A DNA stretch of 64,000 bases, from contig CM102284.1 of the NCBI GenBank assembly GCA_046563655.1, forward strand, positions 4,278,001-4,342,000, read 5' to 3'. The DNA comes from Yuukianura sp. NJ FZ-2021. Lineage: Eukaryota. The notes beneath the pieces are model-generated. The model saw only the letters and a list, made by a program, of their open reading frames with translations, was not told where the DNA came from and made no database searches. Within the stretch, counting starts at the first letter, position 1, and the number at the start of each line of letters is the position of its first letter. Shown in pieces: positions 21,218 through 33,900 of this stretch. The translations under genes and the position numbers were made by a program.

Positions 21218-24200
21218 GTCTTCCGGATTTTTAGACACCTCAAACGCATTTTTAGGTATTATAGTAAGACACTTATAAGAGAAAATAGATGTAATTCTGA
21301 CATTATTTAGCAATTCGCAAATGTCGGCACTGAAATCAGCCGTCTCCATGGATACAAGTTGATTGTTGAGTCCCAGGTTGTTTGAATTCCTATCCTGCGA
21401 AATACTTTGGTTTGTCAATCATTGGAAACAGTGCCGACTTTTGCAAGTTTGAGCAGTGATTTTGCTTTGTTACTAACGGCAATGGCTGACACCAAATCGT
21501 AAACAAACGCTGCCTCTTACCCGTCCTTAATGTGATTTAAAAGCACAATATGTTTTAATGTATAGTTTTTTACTATACAATGTTTTGTTGTATTTGAACA
21601 AAGCGTTGGGCATGATTAGCGATTTTGAATGGGCCTTGTGACGTAGGCTGGATGATGACGAGAGATGATGGACAACGTGTCATCTTTCGTCCAGTTACGT
21701 GGTCGTTGTCAACTGCCTTGTTGGCAATGAAATTTGCAAAAATTATTCACACGTCTTTCTTCAGTAAGTCATAACGCAGGATTATCTTGGGTTTATGCGG
21801 CTTTGCATTTTTTGCACACTTTTTTATGTCCAGTTTGCGTCGTAGTCGTTTTTGCTAGCTACATTTTCCTGACTAGACTTTTAGCTTCTAAAATCAAAAT
21901 TCAGAAATAAAACTTTATAACCGCTATTCAATTGAGTTTGGTTTGAAATAAAAAATGAATTGCGAGTCAAGTCCCTACTGTTGGTTTGTACAATGCTGTG
22001 GCAAGGAATCTTGTTCTTGAAAACCTAAACGCAAAACCACTAGGCAGATTAAAGTCTGAGAATTTCTTGAAACTTGGATGAAATGTCGGTTGTGAACAGC
22101 GACAATTGCGGAATCGCAAAAACCGCAATGTCCGCAATTGGGTCTCTTTCTATCTTAACCCACGAGAAAGCGTGTAGCGCGTGTGGGAAAAAATTATGAA
22201 ATGCGTTTTCATTTTGACGCAGCTCAGCATTACTGGTTTTCCCCAATGCAAATTGTGTTAACGCATAAGCCCAACTTTGAACTTCGAATTGAGTAAAACT
22301 GAAACATTAAAATATGTGATTATAATATCATATATTATGTATATTACATGTAATACACATGGTTTTGAGCGAATTCCAGCCAACTAAACTTTTCATTGTT
22401 AGAATTGATCTCACGATTTAATTAGAATCAGTTACTTTACATCGCATTTCCTTTGCTTTACCGTAGACAATATTTCAAAAACTTTAGTTAACCTTAGTTA
22501 AATCTTTTTATATGAATTTTTTGCAAACCTTCCATGGTTGAAAATACAAAAGTAGGAAATTGTTGCAATTCTTCACCTTTGACCTAGTTGTTCAGTATCT
22601 AATGAATGCCCTCCGTGACATGCAACATGTTGCAGATGTGGTACATAATCCTAAGGTCATTTCAATGTCAACGTATGTAAAGTGAAGCACACTAAAATGT
22701 GCATTAGCTTTAATGTGAGTGTGTCAGTAGTACTAAATACTAAAAGCAATTGGTCGAAAGTGGGTCACCAACTTTTCCAGCAACCCACCCACTCCAATCC
22801 AACAAAAATATAAACCCAAAATTCACCACACAAACCATCATGCTAAAAGTAATCAATACAGGAAATTAAAAGTTTCAGATTTCCATGAATTTAATAACTT
22901 TGAAAAAAGTGTGCAGAAAATTCGCATGCATATTTCTCTTGTAGCGTCACCTCACCCAAACGCAATCTGTCTACATATGCTTTTTGGAAACAATGCTGAA
23001 GCTCTTGACTTATTGAAATCTGATTCTGATTACAAATCCCACTTCAAAATTAATCTAACTCCACCACTTTTGGAAAACTACTGAATTTGTTTACGTAAAA
23101 AGGGACTGTGGAAATAGAAATAAATTTTTGCAACAAAGTACTAATCGACCACTCTACTTTTCAATTTTGAAGTTCTAATGGTCTCAATTTCACGCGAGAT
23201 TTACATGATCATGTCCAATTTTTGAAGAGGTTGCGTCGAATTGTCCACGTTTCATTGAAAATCTTCAAAAAATTTCCAGCATTCAAGTATACACTTGCAT
23301 TTTTTTAATCGAGCACAGAATTTGATTGAAAAAATGTTGTCCATCGGGTAGAAAATCTTCATTGTCTTGAACCATTTGACAATTGTTTTTTAGAAACATT
23401 GTGAATCAATTGTGCTTTTCATCAGTTTTACAAGCGCTAAATTCATTTCCATTCATCCATGCCCTAACACAGCCGAATTTTACAATTGCGGCGGTAAATT
23501 CATGAAAATTGTTTCTGTTGCGCAAGGCGTAAATGAGCTCATCAATTTACGATGATTATTTTGGAACCGCATATTAAGCTTCTTAGGCCGCAAAGCTGGT
23601 TCATGAGGTCGCATGAGTGGAACTTGGAACTTGACCTTGCTTTATAACGTAGTAGTACGACTAAAACTTGTCCAGATTGAATCTTTAATGAAATGACACT
23701 CTTGTTGTCACGCAGTTACGACATGTGGTATGACCAGCTAATATTTGGATAAGACAGAAAAATTGAAGTTTCACACAAGTCATCAAAATCTGAGCCCAAA
23801 GTCTCGAATTTGCCATTTGACCTTTCTAATTTCTCATGATTTTGTTGCAGTTTCAGCAACTTTTTGAAGAACATTCCAGTTTAAGTCAATTTTTATTAGT
23901 TTAAGATTACCTTTTCCGTCCTAAACTTAAATAACTCGAGGAGTCATTTAATCACATTTTTGCAAATAAAATTGCAACATGTCCAGATTACAAAGTATCT
24001 TCCAGACAGTTACACAAGTAGTAGTCATATTGTAAACAGATGAAAGTGTACACTCATCCAGAGGAGATTTTTTGCCAAAAGTGTTGCAAAAAACAGAGAT
24101 TTCTTTTTTTGTTCATTCATTTTTTCTACGGATGAGGCACTTTTAAGTTGTGTTTTCCTCTGTATTGAAGAGGTATGAGGTCATAACGGACTTGAGTAAG

Positions 24201-27200
24201 TACTTCATAGGTCACAAGGCAAATGGATTTGCAAACTTCCGTTCCCTGATTCGCAACATTAGAAAAAAGTTTATAACAATTTAGAACAAGGGAACTTACT
24301 CATGTTTTTTGCAAAGTTTAAAGTAGTTTGTCAATTCTTGTTAAATTGAAAAGTTTATGATCCTATTAAAAACTGTCTGTGAGAGTTGAAAGTAGTTTTC
24401 CGATGTCGATTTCTACAGTTGTTATTATTACTATGTAGAGTAGCGAATTAGGCTAATAATAATAAATTGATTGTTAGGCTAACCAGGTTAGGTTAACTTT
24501 AGCTTAGGTTAGTTATGTTCTTCTAACAAAGAGAAAATAGTACTATACTAACTAATGAAGTTGCTAAGCGGCCGCACCTTTGTGCAATTTTTGAAGTGCC
24601 CATTGGGTAAAGGGCGGTTTCTCGACTAAGGTTCATGAGCAAAAAATGTATCCCGCTTTGACACGCGAAAATTATGGCTAGTGAACTGGTTTTTGCAACA
24701 ATTTGCAAAAACTGTCCCAGGAGGGGTTAAACTTTTTCCTAGAAAAAGTGTTAGGAAACATGCAAAATAACATTAGCAAAAACAAAAACAAGAATTTTGA
24801 GACAACTTTTCTATGCCGAAGCAAGTTAAATTTAACAACCATAAAGTTAATTGAGTTCTTAAAACTGGAACTTAAAAGCATAAAACCAGTTTTATTTAAA
24901 CTCAATTCAAATACTTACTCGAGTGGAGTCAGTTTTTAGTTCCACTGTGCAAAATCGTAATTTGCAATGTGGCGAATCTTTTTGCAGGTCGGTGGATGCA
25001 GTTATTAAAGCAAAATAAAGCTTTCGAATTTCGGCCAATTAAAAGTGACCAAAGCCTCAGGCGGGTTCATTTTATGAGGCATGAATAATTGGAACGAGTC
25101 ACAGAAAATGAAAACAAAAAGATCATGAATTCGGTCCGAGTTAGGTCAATTTCTCAATATATTTTGACTTCAATTTTAATTATAACTATTAACTATCATG
25201 TTTATCAATTTTATTTGCCTATTTATTATTCCAAATTGAGTGGAAACTTGAAAATAAAAAGTTGACGCGGAAAGAGTACGAGTCGATTTAATTCATTTTG
25301 CAAGCTGAAAATTTTTTAATGAACATTTTAGTATTTACAAGCAATGAAGCTTGGGAAACTGTGAATTTTTTTTGCACTGTTGGTCTTCAATTTTGTTTTC
25401 GCCAAATTTGGCATATGGGGGTTAGTTGTCTTTTTCCCACGATAACCCGAATGTCAAAAGATGACGAGTGAGTCACTGTCGACATTACGCAGAGAGGGAT
25501 GATGCACCCAGTAAATGCTTCAATTGATCTTGGTCTGTTTGTCATATTACGTAAATCGTTGTCTTAATTAAGCATCCGTTCTGCTGTTGACCATTCCTGT
25601 TGTTGTTGTTGTTGTTTGGTGGTGGACGTGTCTGTAATCATGGACATTTCCTTTGAAATGTTAAGGATGGACGCTCCTTGAGTTGCTATCAATTAAACCA
25701 GAGATGCCCAGAAGCAAAGGGAAGGAACTGAGAGAGCATAATCTGAGTGCACTTAAGCACAGCTTAAAGCAGATGAAAAGATTCAACATCTTTAGAGGTG
25801 CTCTAAAGTGCACAAATAAAAAACAAACAAGTAAAAGTAATTGAGAATGTTAATTAAAACTAAGAGCAGGTAGTCAAAGTTATAGTAAAATCTTAAAAGT
25901 ACTCGGTTGATGGACTTATTCAGTAAAAATTGAATGGATCATACGGAAAGATCACCGGAAGTAGTTAAATTTCGATTCGGCTTTGAAAAAAACTGGTTTT
26001 GGAAATCAATTTTTCAAGCTTTTCTTCAAAGAAAAAATCCTCCAAATTTTTGAAACTTTTAAGCTAAAGAAGTGTTTACAGTGTTTACGCAGTGAAAGCA
26101 ACTATTAGGCTATTCAGAGAATTACGGGGAAGGTCAAAGGTCAAATCTTAAAGTACTCATCCCTTGTCATCAGAGGGCGTTACTTTCCATTTCCTCGTTT
26201 TTGAAGCCGATAAGGGCCCTTTGACACTCCACTTACTGTTCTCTCATAGCGTTGTGCATCAAAATGGTTTAAATTTTAAAATTTTGAAGGGCTGCTCCTG
26301 TTTGTGCTTGTGGAAGTTGGAGGTCTTTTTGAGTTTTAAAGGGCTCCCCCAAGGGGTAGATTTCTGAGAAACGGAAGGGGACCCTTAAAAGGGCTCCTTC
26401 GCAGAACAATGGGATCCGACGGAGAGAAAATGTGAAAACAAGAGAGCGTCTTTGGGCCCTTCATACATTCTTCTGTTAGTTTCTATTCTTCAATGGATTC
26501 ATACTTCTTATCCAACCCAGTTAGGTTAGCATTTATTAAGGGCCCTTTCGGAAACACTCCCCACCCAACCCCTCTTCTAAGGGACCCTGATCCCCATTCC
26601 AAGGGCCCCCAATTTCTACAGGACACCATAATTCTTCTCAAAGGATTCACCGTCAGCGTCGTCCGCGAGGCAATTGACACTTGTAGGTTAGCGTCTTCCT
26701 GGTCAGACCAAAGACACAACAAGATAGACAGTTCAGAGTTTTCGAAGTTGGAAAATTTCTAAAATTTTGAAATTCAAATCTCTTCCTTTAGAAAGTCGTG
26801 TTTTTCCAAATGATGAACAATGGTCATAATTGCTAATCCCTGAAGCTGTCCAGCCTCAACCTAGCCTAACCTGTCCTAAACGTCTAACAAATTCTAACCA
26901 CCTAAGCGGGTTTTCTCCTGATAAGGGATTGTCAAGGTACATTTTCTCGTAAATGCTGAAGATGAACTCTCTTTCGAAAAACCGAATTGCAGCAGACGTG
27001 CAAACAACAATGAAAAAAATTACCACTAAAACCTAAAGTCTCATGAACTTCCAAAGTGAGTCAATATTTGACCATTGCGGTTTTGTACACAAGGAGAAGG
27101 TTGTAATGTGGTGTTGTACGATGTAACAAAAATGTTGTACAACATGAGAGAGGCGACATTCAACATTTACAATACAGATATACAACGCGACATACGACAT

Positions 27201-30200
27201 GCAGGCGACATGCATGAGAATTTGACATGTGGGAAATGGAATGGAATCGGCAACTTTGGGAGTTTAATAGTACATGACGCAGGAATCAATAGAATTACAA
27301 ACGGATTTGAAAATCAACCATAATTTTCTGCCTAAAATGTATGTCAATGATGCGAATCCGGTTTTAACTTTTAACCTTGAAATTTTGAACGAATTCAAAT
27401 CAATTTTGAATTGAATTTGTTGGAGCAATTGTGGAAACAGAAAAACCCAACTTCCTCTTCCCTTCCGTCTGTCGCTCCCATCAAAATTCGCGAATTTAAA
27501 TTGCAAACTTTCAATTTTTGCCAAAACTGATCCGCCTTTGTCTGCATCACTAAATTTCCTATTCGTAGCGTTGACGCAAATCATGACTAGGCAAGCCTTT
27601 TACATTCCCATTTACATATCATAACACAACTACGGCGTCTTTACACGAAAATTTTGTTTAAATTTTGCGAACTGCGTCAAATGATGACGATTTTCACACT
27701 TTCAATATACGAAAACGAAAATTCAAGTAAAAATTCTTGTATATTTCGAAATAACCGTATTTTCTCTTTACTATTTCTTATAAGCCTACATTTTACAACA
27801 TATTTGCGAATAACATTTTTGCTTTTCACACATTTCTTCATCGTTTTAACTTTCATCTGTTAGTTGGTTTATTTTTCGAAAGTGTCATTTTTTTTTGTTT
27901 TTTGACGGAGTTGCGGTTCAATGGACCAGTTAAAGTTTTGGACAATTCGTTCACTTGTGTGACGCATTACAAAAGGCTCTTCAACCCACTTTAAACCACT
28001 TAACCAATTTTATATTTTAAGTGAGCATGCGTTATAGTTTTCAAAAGTGCATGGACCTGGAAATGAAGTAGTACTGCAATAACTAACCCCTCATACAACC
28101 CAAATTTCACATTTTTACAGTTCTCAAAAAACTATAAGCTTCCGTTTTTAAAACTTTCCCAGCCACAATGATCACTACACTACTGAATGAGCTGATGATC
28201 TTCTAATTGTTCAAAATTGAAATCGGATGTCCTCTGTGCAGTGCTTCATCATAACGCCCATTTTCCACGCTCGTTTTTTTAATTCAATTGAAAACGCTTA
28301 TTCCCTCCCATGGCTTTTAGGGTTTAAGTGGGTGGATGCGTTCTGAACATACGTTGTGATCAAATTAAGCCGTTTCGTGCACTATGCATTGCACAAGTCC
28401 ATCCATACGACTCCGATTTGCTCAATTCAGTCCATTATGCAACTTTGTAACAATGAACTTTGTTCAAACGAGTGACAGGACTTCCGCTTTTGCGCATAGT
28501 TACTCCCTTCAAATCCAAAAACATTTCCTAATTTACAATTAGGGTTGACATGATGCACGAAGAGGCTAGACAGAGATGCACGCACGCTAGATCTTCTCCT
28601 GGATCTTTTTCTAAATTTGATTCCTGTTCAGAACAAGAGTATCTCTCTGCATGCAGCGTATCCCAAAAATAGGACTTACAAATGTGTTCTGGCTGTGAAA
28701 AGCCATCAAAGAGATTAATGACAAACTCTGGAACCATTTTTGTGCCGGTACTCGTGTGTGCGGTTTAAATAGATTCTAGGTTCATTCTCTCTCTTTTTTT
28801 TTACCGCACTTGCTAATGTGTTCCGCACTTTCGTCTACGAAGTCTACTAGGTCGAGGAGTGTAATGCTCTTTTTTGGTCCAGGAAAAATTCCAAAATTGA
28901 AAACCAATTCCGCGTGAAATGCAGAATTTTCTTCTTTAAAAATTAGAAACTTGACATTCTTACTTCCTGTAATCAGACGAAGATAAATGAGCATTCGGAA
29001 TTTGAAACCTAACGGTCTTGTAGCCTTATTGGAGAATTTTTCTTAATTTAAATTTTTCGAAATTTCAAAAAACCAAATTTTTGAAAACCGTGGAATCTGA
29101 AATAGGCGAATCCGATCAACAGGTAAGGCCTATGGTCCGTGTAGTCATAAACATGAAAAGGTGTTGTTGCTCTTAAGTTTAGGTTTCAGAACATACCGTA
29201 AATCTCCAAATAGTACCCGACTTTCACACAATGCCTCCACCTCTCCCCAAAATGATGAAAGGAGTAAGTACCGGGGGTACTTATTTGCATGTTTACGGTA
29301 GGTTATGGTAAGGGTCCCATTGACTAAGGTTACAAATAAATCGAAGCTAGTAGAAGCTTTTCACAGAAGAAGAAAAGAAAAAGTTGAATAAGGGTACAAT
29401 TGGCTTAGGCCTTAAGGGTCCCCTAACTCCACTCCCGTAACCTTGGACCTTTTCATTTATTGTTGTACTACTCAGGGCTTTTTCTGGAGCATTTTATTCA
29501 ATTTCAAAAAAACAGTTTTCAAAAAATACAATTCCCACCACTGAAACGCAGGAGCGTCAAATCTTTACCGTTTGGCTTCTTCTTTTCGTAATTTGAAACT
29601 TTGGTGGGGCTATCATGCATCACTGCACAGGAGCAGCTTTATCCCTCGCCCCCTTGTGAGATGAACAAGGGGGCGGGGTAAAAGTGACACTCTAATTTTG
29701 TTGAAAGTGAAGCTCACGCTGACGCATTTGCGTCATTAACGACATATGGAAACAAATTCAAACTAAACACAGCGTAGGTTTGCAAATTTTGCTAACTGAG
29801 ACTCTATTCGGAACGAAACGGTGTAACGCTTTTAGTTAGTAGAGAAAACAAACGCTTTCGCTTGGCAATTTTTCAAAGTTAGAAGCAATTGGCGAATTTT
29901 GAGGGTGGGACGAGATTTGCAAAGTTTTCTTTTTTCTGCAGGGCGTATTATTAATGACTTCTCGTTAAACTTGATTAGAATCACAGAGATTGATTGCAAT
30001 TTGCGAATCTTAATTTTGTGCATCCAAAAGCTGCATGCCAAAGTGGCAAAGTGCAAATCTGAACCAATAATTTGTTTTTGCTCGTGCACTGTTAGCTATA
30101 CCCCGACGCTCCTGTAAATTAAGGCATCCCCACACTATTGAAAACCAAAATTAACGGGGTTACTGACTCCCTTCATTGCCAATTGCCAATAATTTAACAA

Positions 30201-33200
30201 TAGCTTTTTTCCGCAAATTTTTTGCTCCTCATGAGCATTAATCACCCTGTTTATGAAGTAAGAAACTTATTAAACCCTAACCCAGGGGAGCACTTAAGGT
30301 GTCATGTCACAGGAGCCAAAGGACCCGCCCATATAATCACTTTTATTTGATTTAAATGGCAGCAGGAACCGGAGGGGGGCCCTTTACGTGCCAAAATTTC
30401 TTTTGAAAATGGCGGGATCTTCACAATTTTATGTCCGAGGCTCGTGTCTAACCGCTTTGCGCCAAAGGTCACCCTCTTCGGTTTTTCATAAGAAAAGAAC
30501 AGACGAGCATCTTTTGAATTTCGAAAAAAAAGCAAAAGGAGAAATGTTTTTTTGAAAAGATCAAAAGAAAGCTCCACACGCAAAACACATTAAGCAATAA
30601 GCTGAGCGTCCCTCAAGATGTTCCGTGTGTTCAGAAAACGTTCCTGTTGCGTAAGGGCCCCCTCCCTTAAATGAAGCTTATTCAAGAAAAAGGAAGCTGC
30701 TGTTGCTTACGTTTTTCTGAAACGTTTTTTATGAAAAGAAACTGAGGGGACCCTTAAGGGGCCCCACGGCCACCACCTGCTTCTGCCTTAACAATCGTCC
30801 ATGATCATCTTCAAATATTGGGCAAGAAAAAAACTCGGACGCTTCTTAACACGTATTATGGTCAAAAGATGCCTTCTACCAATAGGTACGTTTAGGTTAT
30901 GGTTAGGCTAAAACCTAACCTTAGCCTAAAATGCTTCTTTCCTGTGTGGTAAGGGATAACAATTTGGAAACATCAGGAAATGTTTACTCTAGGTTAGTTT
31001 TCAGGATGATGGAAAACCTATAACCTGTCCAAAACAGAAACAGAGGAAGTTCAAAAAAGTAAATTAAATTTCCCTGTGCCAAAGAAAAAGTGAAAGTGAA
31101 ATCACTTTCACTTTGGGCTCTCAAAGTAGAAATTTTTTTCCTGTAAAGTTTTCCCGCTAAAAGAATAAAATCGTGTGTAGGGCTTTGGGGTTGCGAATTC
31201 TGAGCTTTCAGCTTTCTAGTGGAAATGAAGTTGCAAATTTTTGCCAATTTGCTAATCATTAACCTCCCTAGAGTTGGAGGTGGTTTTTTGCGCACGTGAG
31301 AACCAAGTGCGAAAACCACAAAAAGTAATTTGCACTAGGATGTGGTGGAGTTTTAAACAGCAGACGTCTGGGGCTTGTCAGTTTAAATGAAATTCACGCC
31401 TTTCTTCCTCTTTCTCTCGTCTTGTTCCGTAAAGTCAGTGGTTTAGTCAGTGAATAGTAGAAAACCGTCAATGCACTTGCTGGATAATACTCAAAATGAT
31501 GCTCCAGACGCACAGAATGTGTTTTCAATTCAAATTAAAAAATTTCTCTTTTGAAATTTGAATTTCAAATTTTGTAGGAAATCTGCCAATTTGGGTTAGC
31601 ATGCAACAGATGAATTTTTTCCAGAATAAAAACAGCTCCAAAAAATTACGAAAAATAAACAACTCAGAAAGCATTTTGTTGTTTTTTATTTAGCATTTTG
31701 GCTTCTGGTTCACCCAAGCCTCAGCAAGAGGTCAAAGGTCACAAGCTTTTTGAACAGCGATATTTCCAACATGTTTTGCAAAATTTGAAAACCGAGCTGT
31801 CAGTTTTGTAAGTTATGAACGTTGGAGGCGGAGTTTGAGCTGTTGCTTGCTCGTTTGAGGTTGGAAAGTGAGCTGAAAGTTGACAAGTGACACTGTATAA
31901 TTTGCAATTACTCAGCGTGACTAACGGCCGTGCTGTTTTGCGTTACTTTCACTTGAACGCTTTAATACTAAAATGACGCATGTCTGGAAAAGTGAGGCCG
32001 TTTAAACGGATGCCTTCCAGAACCATATGCCCGTATTTTGTCTAATGCCTGTTGGGAACTTATCTAACGTCAATTGACGTCAAATCACTTGGCTCTTTAG
32101 TAATTTTCTGTAGTGGTGGTGAACTCATTCACCTGAAAGTTAAAAATTTTCAAGTTAATTTCATAATTTCCAAATTTTAATTTTGTTTTCAAAACATTTG
32201 ATTTGCTTTGTGTAAAGGTGGATGCACACTGCACTTTGTAGTAGTACGTTCCAAGGATTAGTTTTTTTTTCTATTCTGTAAAAAAGAATTCTTTTCTTTG
32301 CACGCACGAGACTTTAGTGGGGGGAAGCAAGATGCTTCTGAAAATAAAAAGAAAATAAGCTGCATCTTCCTCTCAAAGTTTAGTGGAGAAGCAGATGTGT
32401 ACAAAAATAAGTGGAAGAAGACGTCGTCAGTTCCATACAATACACAATGATATCCATCAGACAAAAACTTGGGTTACGTAAAGGCTAAGAGCCCCTCCAG
32501 AAGATCCAAATCTTACCTCAAACATCATTTTTTGGGCTAATCAACTCTTAACAAAGCCACGGTTAAAGATGTGTTGTGCCTTGAGGAGATGCAGATTTGA
32601 AATCAGTGTTTCCAGAAACAATTTCCGTTTTGACGTTCATTAACAAGAGGCTCCGTAGATCGTAAACCTAAACTGATAGAGTGCAATTAAGATTTAGATT
32701 TAGGCTATGCTTTTTTCGGATTGATCTATGCGTCTAGTCTGCTGCTGCGTTTGCGTAGCACATTAGCCTGTTCAGTTTTTAGTGTGTAGACAGGACCTGA
32801 AATATGCTTGGAATTGTCGAATTAAAAAAAAAACTTGTTGGATATGTGAGCGTTTAAGAAAAATGAAGTCGACTGACGAGTTTTTCTAGAAATGAAACAA
32901 AAAGTGGAACAATGCCAAAAAGGATGAGAAAGATTTTGCAGAATCTTCGTCTCAAATCTTTACTGCCGACTGGCCATCCATCCAGCCGAGGAAGACGAAA
33001 AGTTTAATAGGCTTTTCATAAAGTGAATTGTGAGCTTTTAAAGTTTAAATGGATTCCTAAAAATGGAGATTTTCATGATGCTGGCAGAGGAGAAGTCAAA
33101 GATTCAAATGCTAAACATATTCACATGTGGAGTGTCTTAAATTCTGCTTCTGTGTGTCGTCTCATTTTCGTTAGGGTGACACTTTTAAAACGATCTTTCA

Positions 33201-33299
33201 GTTTTTTTTTCTCTTCCGATCCAACCCCTGTTTTGACTTTTATGCTTTTGAATTTTTAAAATTGTCTATCCAAATTTTTTTGCCGCTTGCATCTTGAAT

Positions 33300-33900
33300 G
33301 TTGTACGATCTTGAACTGGATCTGGAAGATGCGAATGCTCCGTTCGGGGTGACAGAGTCGGATTTTGGCCTCAAAATAGCTGCAGAGGGTTCTTGTTCTT
33401 CCGTCTAGACGCGTCACATGACTTCCCCACTGCGTCTAAAGTTCTGGGAAAAAAGCATGGGGGAGGGGAAGGTGGGGCTGATGATGGCGGGACTCGAAAA
33501 GGCGGGTAGAAACTTTTTCGGAGCATAGCTTTCCTTCCCAGGAGCTACGGTGACTGACTAAGCTTATTCCTATTTTGGATCGATCGTTCATTGCTCCCGT
33601 GTGGAGCTCGACGGGCGGGCGGTTTTCGGTTTCAGAATTTCTGTCTTGGCGCCTTCCCGAAGCTTCTCGTCTAAAAAATTGTTAGGGAGAGTATTTCTGT
33701 AGTAAAAGGGTGGTGGCGTAACCTTGGACTTTCACCGCCGCGGCGGAGAAAGCTAAAAGAAACGACGTAGTAAGCTTTCACTTTACTATAATGCGTCGCG
33801 CCGTATCGACTTTTCCTTCCAGAAGGACGCTTTGTCCAAAGCAGCTTGGGGGCAGGGCGTTTTTGCAAAAATTTTGAAAGTCTTATCCTGCTCAAGCGTC
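33300..33900. promoter_or_regulatory. GC/CpG-rich regulatory island about 5.5 kb upstream of the Myc ATG
   Basis: Local GC/CpG rise without a credible ORF; GTCACATGAC at 33413-33422; several GGCGGG/TTGGCGC motifs; G-runs at 33459-33491. Confidence 0.45.
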
